Of a stretch of DNA of 64,000 nt, positions 57,454 through 64,000 are shown piece by piece (position 1 is the first letter of the stretch; each line of letters begins with the position of its first letter). Under the pieces are notes generated by a model, which saw nothing but the letters and a program-made list of their open reading frames with translations, was not told the origin of the DNA and did no database searches. The translations under genes were made by a program, and so were the position numbers. The stretch spans positions 620,001 to 684,000 of the forward strand of contig OZ037834.1 of assembly GCA_964035575.1 (NCBI GenBank), read 5' to 3'. This stretch comes from Rhynchopus sp. YZ270_cl-10. Its lineage: Eukaryota.

Positions 57454-60400
57454 CGGAGCGAGAAGCGTGACCCCGAGTCGCTCGCAGCCCACAACTACGA
57501 GCAACTTCCTCGCGAGTGCATAGAAACACGCCCTGGTCCCCGCCACTTCCCAAACCAAGCCTCCTCATCATCATCATCATCATCCGTGGCATCCTTTTCT
57601 CCTCGCCCCTTTTTCCCTACGTCACTCTCAGACACATCTTCTTCCTCTGCTTCCTCCTCTTCTTCTTCTTCCTCTTCTTCCTCCTCCTCTTCAACGGATA
57701 GATCCTCCTCACGTACGTGCTGCTCCGATGCTGAGAACACGCTCACGATAACCACCCTCAACTGCACATCCCTGCAGAACTACGCACACATCATACACGA
57801 CCTGCAGTGCGATATAATTTGTCTGCAAGAGACAAAATTGACCGAGTCCAAGATCTTTGAGATGAACGACTTCTTCACCACAGTTTGGTCCCCAGAGTGG
57901 GGCCCCCCCATGGATGGCGCACTCGTCCATGGCATCCGCAGTCCACACATTGGGGAACGTGGGGGAGTTGCCACCATGCTGAAGAGACCGGGCATCATGT
58001 TCCTGGACACCGAATTGACGTCTTCTCTGAAGCCCTCGCTGAGGAAACGCGTGGTGCACACACGCGTGGCGCTTGGTTCCGGCCGTCTGTTCCTGCATGT
58101 GGTGAATGTGTACGCCCCGTCAGGTGACACGCCAAGAGGTACAGTTGCTTCCCGCGAAGAACTCCTCCACACAGTGCTTGTGAAGTTTCGAGAAGCCCTG
58201 GGTAACGTTCCGTTGATTGTGTGCGGCGACCTCAACACCGATGTGGAAAGATCACCAACATTGCGGAAAGCACTCGCCAATGACTGGTGCGATGTCGCGC
58301 TCCTGGGAAGCACTGGGGATGACGGCAAGCCCCCTGCCACGTTCACTCGCAAAGACTCAGCGGGAACCCGTATCGACTACATCCTGCTGAATAGCGTCGC
58401 TGCACACGCCATTCATAGCTGTTGGACACAGAGCATCAACTGCATCCCCAGCCACAAGTCCGTCAACGTGCGGCTCTGCCTCTCTGTGTTTACAGAGTCG
58501 ACACTCCGATGCATTATTCCCAAGCAGATGCCGGAGCTTGGACTTGTGGCGAATGCTGAGACAGTCGGCAGGAATCTCCTACAACAACACAACTGTGCCG
58601 CAGCACTTGCGTCCGGTGACATTGACGATGCGTGGGAAGCGATCGCATTGGCTGGGGAAGAGTTTCTCCTGCTCGCGGCAAAGGCAGCTGGTGACACGCT
58701 TTCGAAAGGGTTCTGTGGCCGCTCCAAGATCCCCCATCCGGTGTTGAAACCTGTGTGTGCACCTACACGACCGGCGTCTGTTGGTGGGTCTTCCCCCCGA
58801 CAGGACCAACTTGCCAAATTCGAGTACAAGCTCACGGATCTCATCGCAAAGACTGAATCTTGTCCTGGTGGGGTGATGGAGAATCCTGTGCGCAATGCCT
58901 GGGGTAAAGTGTTCCGTACCGCAATTACGCTCAAGTTGATGAGGTCCGAGGAGACGACAATCCCTCTCTCGCTCGAAAGGCATATACAGATCCTTAACTC
59001 TCTGCTGGAAAAATCCAAGATGCTTATGAACCTTGAGATACGCAATACCCGTCTACAGCGCGAGAAGCAGTACACCACCAAGCTGAAGGTGGATTTCAGC
59101 AGCGAACGACGAAAACTCACGGCGTGGTGCATGGGTAAACAGGGTGTTCCTATTTCCGCCCTTCGGGGGGAAGATGGTGTGCTTACGGCCAACCACAGGG
59201 AGATGGACAAACTCCTGCGTGATGAATGGAAATCGGTGTTCAACCTATACGACCACGACCATCCCGAGCCAACTCTCGCCTCTTTCGAACAACGTTTCGG
59301 CAGCTTCGTCGCGCACTCCCCGATGTCCCTAGACCCGCTAAGTGGTGCTGACTTGCGTAGAACGCTTGACAAGAAAGGTAAGCGCACGGACGCCTGCGGA
59401 ACTGATGGCTGGCGCTCATTGGAGCTTCATGCGATGCCCCTGTGCATACTGGACGGTTTTGCCCGAGTGTTCAACGCGATAGAGACGAACGGTGTGTGGC
59501 CGCAAGCGCTGTTGACCGCCCTGGTGACGCTCCTTCCCAAAGGCGAGGACCAGTCCCCCTTGAAGCTACGTCCTGTGACAGTGACCAGTGCGGTATACCG
59601 GTTGTGGGCCTGCGCACGCCTGCAGGCAGTTCAACAATGGCAGGAACAATGGGTACACCCGTCGCAACATGGCTTCCGCCCAAAGCACAGCACGAACGAC
59701 GTCTTGTATGACGTCTTCACACAGATGGAGGACGCTCTGCTCGGTGGCGAACCGCTGCACGGTCTGGCACTCGACTTTGCGAAGTGCTTCGACCGCGTAC
59801 CACAGGGCCTCACCTTGGATCTTGTAGAGAAGATGGGGCTTCACCCCAGGATCATGACACCTCTGCGAGCAATGTACGCCAAGCTGAGACGGCGGTTCAA
59901 GCTGCCCTCCGGCGTAGGAGAGGCGTACTCCGTGACGAATGGGATTCTGCAGGGGTGCCCCCTCTCTGTGGTGCTCATCAACGCCTTGATGTCGGTCCTG
60001 ACACACTGCATCACGGCAGAGGTACCTGAGGCGTTTGTACGGTCGTTTGCTGACGACGCATACCTTTTGTCTCGCCATAGTGAAGCTTCGGTGGGGGCGT
60101 GTCTGCTGCGAGTGGAGGACTTCTGCCGCATCACAGGCATGCGCCTCAACATGGCGAAGACCTTTGCCTTCTCATCATTGAAGAACCACAAATGCAAGCT
60201 GAAGTCTGAGGACAACCATAGGTTCCGGACAACAGAGTCACTCCGCTCACTCGGCGTGATGATGTACAGCTCCCTACGGAGCAAGGGGCGATACAACGCT
60301 ACGGTATACCAATCAGCCGTGAGGGCGCTCTCATGTTTGGGTGCGACACCGCTCTCCTTCTCCCAGAAGGTATCTATTGCCACATCTGCCATCCTCCCTT

Positions 60401-61884
60401 CAGTGTTATACGAGTCCGCATTCAACATGCCCCCTCAGTCAGTGTTGAATGAACTAACGAAGGCAGTGGCGATGTGCTGCTGGGGCCCCACCTACCTTAC
60501 CCGTTCAGTGGATGCATTGCTCACACTCTGCCTGAAGGCGCACATGGCACACCCCCTCTCGAGTGCAATATGCCGGACGTTCAGAACTTACGCTGCCAGT
60601 GTGGAACGCAACGACGCCATACGCCAGAGGTGCATGAACATCAGAGAGAGATACGAGACCCTGGCCGCACGGGGTACACCTATGCATGCAGTTGGTCCAG
60701 TGGGGACGGTGCTTGCCGCCTCCCGCAGATGTGGCGTGAGTTGGGACCCTGAGATGAAGACAGTGACGTCTACGTCTGCAACCGCGAAGACTACCCCCAT
60801 CATCGAGATAGACAAAGCCAAGAGGGCCCATGAAGTGCGAGTTCTGGCACGTACGGCGGTATGGGATGACCTACAGAGTAAACGCCCTACGTACGACGGC
60901 ATCAACGACGGCATTGACACCCGCGCCACCAATGCCCTGTGGCGCAATCTACAATACCACGACCCCCTCAAGGCTTTCCGGATGCGACGTGTTCTGTGTG
61001 GTGGAGTCCTCTTCTGCCATCCAGATGGGCTCAAGCGCAGTGGCCTGCCCGAGGCGGACTTCAGCGATAAATGCCCCTTATGCCTCGTCCAGGTTACATG
61101 CCACACACGCCACCTACTGTGGCACTGCAGCATAGTGCACACACCGGCATTCACTGCCCTACATGCGTCGGCCATCAGCCTCTACGGCAAGGGGCTTCCC
61201 ACCTGCTTTGTGCTGCACGGCATTGTGCCCTCCAATGTGAGCAAGGTGACGGTGAAGGCGGTACAGTCTCTTCTCCTCGATGCCGTCACCACGATCGACA
61301 CGACCCTCTCAAGTCCAGCGGATGTGGCCCCGGCTGTGCACCCTTGGAATCTCACATTTGCTGCCTCTAAACGGGATACCCCCTTCCGCACATATCTGAC
61401 CAAGCTACAACCTAGTTTTTCCTCCACCTATAGGGAGGCGTTCACTTTGAAAGCTTTCCTGTGGTGGGTGATTACGCTCGAGTGGAGCAAAGAACCCCGC
61501 GACGTGTCGTGTGTCGAGCTCGCGGTCGACTTCGAATTGCGCACAAGGGTCTTCCTCGCCAAACAGACCTCTAATATCCGCGAGCGTGGGCGGGCCATGC
61601 AAAGGCTCATCGTCAAGGCTAACATGCGGGCTTTAACAGCGAAACTCCGCCGCGCCCCATTCCCTGGTGTGAAGAGGGATCGTGTGCACTCCCTCCGTTC
61701 CGTCGGCGCCCCGGCGCTCATCGGATTCAGCAGACGCCCAGTGTTGTGTGCTAAAACACGTGCTTTTCTTGAATCACTAAATCATGTTGTCCCCCCTTCC
61801 CGGTCAGGGTGGGGTAATGATTGTATACCTGCTTACAGCTTCCCTGTAAACCAAACACAAGCGCAACACTCCGGGGTTCGATAA
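57454..61884 (+). CDS. LINE ORF2: AP endonuclease, reverse transcriptase and CCHC zinc knuckle
   Basis: APE: TLNC, CLQETK, GGVA, NVYAPS, CGDLN, TRIDYI, PSH. RT: LLPK, RPVTV, QHGFR, LDFAKCFD, GILQGCPLS, FADD, LNMAKT, LGV. Knuckle: CPLC-x9-H-x4-C. Confidence 0.93.
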   Translation, partial: RSEKRDPESLAAHNYEQLPRECIETRPGPRHFPNQASSSSSSSSVASFSPRPFFPTSLSDTSSSSASSSSSSSSSSSSSSTDRSSSRTCCSDAENTLTITTLNCTSLQNYAHIIHDLQCDIICLQETKLTESKIFEMNDFFTTVWSPEWGPPMDGALVHGIRSPHIGERGGVATMLKRPGIMFLDTELTSSLKPSLRKRVVHTRVALGSGRLFLHVVNVYAPSGDTPRGTVASREELLHTVLVKFREALGNVPLIVCGDLNTDVERSPTLRKALANDWCDVALLGSTGDDGKPPATFTRKDSAGTRIDYILLNSVAAHAIHSCWTQSINCIPSHKSVNVRLCLSVFTESTLRCIIPKQMPELGLVANAETVGRNLLQQHNCAAALASGDIDDAWEAIALAGEEFLLLAAKAAGDTLSKGFCGRSKIPHPVLKPVCAPTRPASVGGSSPRQDQLAKFEYKLTDLIAKTESCPGGVMENPVRNAWGKVFRTAITLKLMRSEETTIPLSLERHIQILNSLLEKSKMLMNLEIRNTRLQREKQYTTKLKVDFSSERRKLTAWCMGKQGVPISALRGEDGVLTANHREMDKLLRDEWKSVFNLYDHDHPEPTLASFEQRFGSFVAHSPMSLDPLSGADLRRTLDKKGKRTDACGTDGWRSLELHAMPLCILDGFARVFNAIETNGVWPQALLTALVTLLPKGEDQSPLKLRPVTVTSAVYRLWACARLQAVQQWQEQWVHPSQHGFRPKHSTNDVLYDVFTQMEDALLGGEPLHGLALDFAKCFDRVPQGLTLDLVEKMGLHPRIMTPLRAMYAKLRRRFKLPSGVGEAYSVTNGILQGCPLSVVLINALMSVLTHCITAEVPEAFVRSFADDAYLLSRHSEASVGACLLRVEDFCRITGMRLNMAKTFAFSSLKNHKCKLKSEDNHRFRTTESLRSLGVMMYSSLRSKGRYNATVYQSAVRALSCLGATPLSFSQKVSIATSAILPSVLYESAFNMPPQSVLNELTKAVAMCCWGPTYLTRSVDALLTLCLKAHMAHPLSSAICRTFRTYAASVERNDAIRQRCMNIRERYETLAARGTPMHAVGPVGTVLAASRRCGVSWDPEMKTVTSTSATAKTTPIIEIDKAKRAHEVRVLARTAVWDDLQSKRPTYDGINDGIDTRATNALWRNLQYHDPLKAFRMRRVLCGGVLFCHPDGLKRSGLPEADFSDKCPLCLVQVTCHTRHLLWHCSIVHTPAFTALHASAISLYGKGLPTCFVLHGIVPSNVSKVTVKAVQSLLLDAVTTIDTTLSSPADVAPAVHPWNLTFAASKRDTPFRTYLTKLQPSFSSTYREAFTLKAFLWWVITLEWSKEPRDVSCVELAVDFELRTRVFLAKQTSNIRERGRAMQRLIVKANMRALTAKLRRAPFPGVKRDRVHSLRSVGAPALIGFSRRPVLCAKTRAFLESLNHVVPPSRSGWGNDCIPAYSFPVNQTQAQHSGVR

Positions 61885-61995
61885 CCCGCGGAGTGTCAGT
61901 GCCTGCGTCCCAGAGGCGTTTGCACTATCAACTTCACTTTGATTTCTGTCTGTTGTGTTTTGTTCTGTTCTGTCCTCAAACCCCTTTCCCTAAGC

Positions 61996-63211
61996 ATGTC
62001 TGCTCATGATGGTGATGGTGCTGTCTCTCCTCAATTCAAGGCTGAGCAAGAGTTGAAAGAGCTCAAGGAGAAGGAGACGGAGAAGGCAAAGGTAAGGGCA
62101 ACAGTGGATAAGCTGGAACAACAGCTGAACGAGCTGCGTACGCAGGTCATCACTTGCCAGAAGGGTCTACAGGAGAGGGTGGCAGGAACTGGTGGAGACT
62201 CACTACTTGCTGCGTTTGATCAATGCGATGGCACTGATGCCGTAGCTGCAGCATACGTCGCCAAGATCGCCGAGCTCAAGAAGGAGCAGATGGTATGTGT
62301 CACTTGCTTTGCACACCTATATTCATTTCATCTTTCTAGCATGACCCATTCTTTCCTTTTATTTGTTGTGGGTTGCAAAGTTGGCACTGGAGGTGCACAG
62401 TGTGGCGTAACTTTGCTTTTTATTGTTGTTTCTGGTGCCAACCATTCTTTCCACTATTCAGAGCATCATGGAGCGGATTGCAGTGCATGAGCAGTGGATT
62501 GTAGCACATGAGCAGCAGAAGGCAGCGGACAAGAGACAGCTGACGCTGACGATGGAAGCTGCACTAGGGAATGTAGTTGGGACAGACCCCACTATGTTTA
62601 ACGCAGATCGCATTGCAAGCACAAAAGCAAGTGACATACCGCAGTGGAGGGGGGTGGCGAAGACTTTGTGCGAAGTGTGCGGTTCGCGTGCCTCCCTCTC
62701 AAGAGCACACATCATTGCTCGTGAGGAGGATGCGAAGCAGTTCAACGTTGACTACTTTGGGACAAACAATTTCCTTTGCCTTTGCGGCAACAGGGACATG
62801 CCGACACACAAGGGCGGACCCGATGATGGGAGACAGACGTGCCATTTTATGTTTTCCAGGAAGATCATGTCGTTTCTGCACGTCCTCGATGATACGACAG
62901 GTACACAGTTCGTTGCTGTAGGGGGACCGCATCACGGACAGGTGGTTACCTTCGCACGCAAGCCTCATAAACGAGTACTGCTTTCCCACTTCCTACACTG
63001 CATGAAGAACACCAGCCTGCAGACACGTGAAGGAGAGGTGGTGACGTCGATAGCGATGTTGGGCAAGCCTGCACTCACTGCGGACCACATACAGCAGTGG
63101 GTAGCTGCAACGACACTCCCGCAAGAACTGAACCAAACCGGCACAGAACACTCCCCTCCCGTGTCTGCACGCAGTTGGCAGCACTGTCAAGAGCAGCCAC
63201 ACACCTGCTGA
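61996..63211 (+). CDS. Crinkler-like protein: coiled-coil header and HNH endonuclease. Exons 61996-62292 and 62462-63211 (~348 aa)
   Basis: CEVCG...AHII...NNFLCLC...CHFMF fits the HNH_2-type pattern. Phase-0 GTATGT..CAG intron. Confidence 0.78.
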
Positions 63212-64000
63212 CTTCACCCACAATGACCATGAAGAGCTCCAAGCAGCAGCTACGCAAACACTACACCACGGAGAACAAGAAACCGCAATTGAAGTGGCAC
63301 CTGCTCTGTGTTGTGCCATGGCTGAGGAAGGTGGAGGATAGTGTTGTGCCTTCAATCAAGACAGGAGAAGTTAGTGGTTAGGTGGAAATGTTGGGAGCAA
63401 AGGTTGTGAACGTGATCTTCTGCAGAAAGTAAGTGGTGATGAAACGCCAGGTAGTGTTGTACACAACGTGGTTTTCTGCAAACGAGACATCCATAAAAAC
63501 CCAGGCTATGTAAAGTTTATGTGAAGTTCATGTACTGAAAGAGGCTGTATTGGGAATAAGGGGGTCCAAAGGGTGAATAACTCTGTAACTCTAACCCCCC
63601 AAAAAAAAACCCCCCCAGATTGACGAGAACTGTACCGGTCTTGCGGTTCGTGCGGAGACTCAAATTCATGTAAGTGACCCGATAAGGGAGTCGCCACCTA
63701 ACAAAGTTCTAAAAAAAAAAAAGGGACCAATCCAAAAAACATCCCCCAGGGTACCCAGGATATGGCAAGTTTACGTGAAGTTTATACGATGGGTTTCGTG
63801 AACACGAGTAGTCTGGCTGCTGTAATGACGAGGCTGATCTCATATGGTGTTGCAGAAGGGCTTGGATATCCGTCCTGCGATCTTCCACACACCACATCAC
63901 CACTGTGCAGTTTCTTCCCTTCCCCTTCCCCTTCACAAAACCCAACCCACCTCTATATCCAAAACCTTGCCCTGTAACAGTTGTTTTCCCCTGTTTTGAT

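Larger units (their letters stand above)
55502..61937 (+). mobile_element. Apparently full-length APE-type non-LTR retrotransposon (LINE)
   Basis: It splits the array unit ...CCCCTGTTTTGA|TTTCTGTCTG (intact at 49300-49320) with a TTTGA duplication at 55497-55501 and 61938-61942. It has two long ORFs and a hairpin 3' end without poly(A). Confidence 0.92.

Overview
This is eukaryotic protist DNA, most likely a euglenozoan such as a diplonemid. That call is an inference from GT-AG introns with GTATG donors, every gene lying on the + strand, and a MAP2K resembling trypanosomatid MKK1. Host genes, in order: a 7-exon MAP2K, an SLC6/NSS transporter, an STE11-like MAP3K, an intronless ~4,600-aa surface protein, a RanBP9/10-like protein, an ADAT1-like deaminase and a poly(A) polymerase. 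After these comes a tandem array of two-exon Crinkler/RHS-like genes. Introns and intergenic DNA are crowded with MITEs and 5'-truncated LINE tails. Four things stand out. (1) The giant ORF looks like a self-processing polyprotein: TSP1 repeats, an INTERNAL Hedgehog-type Hog domain (Hint plus sterol-recognition region), a TM segment, a second signal peptide, then vitellogenin-like, MepA/LAS-like and many Ig/FN3-like modules. (2) The tandem array shares upstream DNA, a coiled-coil header exon and a phase-0 intron, joined to different C-terminal exons (NTPase+REase versus HNH). (3) A DIRS/Ngaro/TATE-type RT-RNase H element has split direct repeats, no tyrosine recombinase, a structured repeat array, and a covarying solo terminal repeat elsewhere. 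(4) An intact LINE has ORF1 and ORF2 in one frame, separated by a single UGA-CGG, which suggests readthrough. All domain calls come from motif recognition by eye; no database searches were run.
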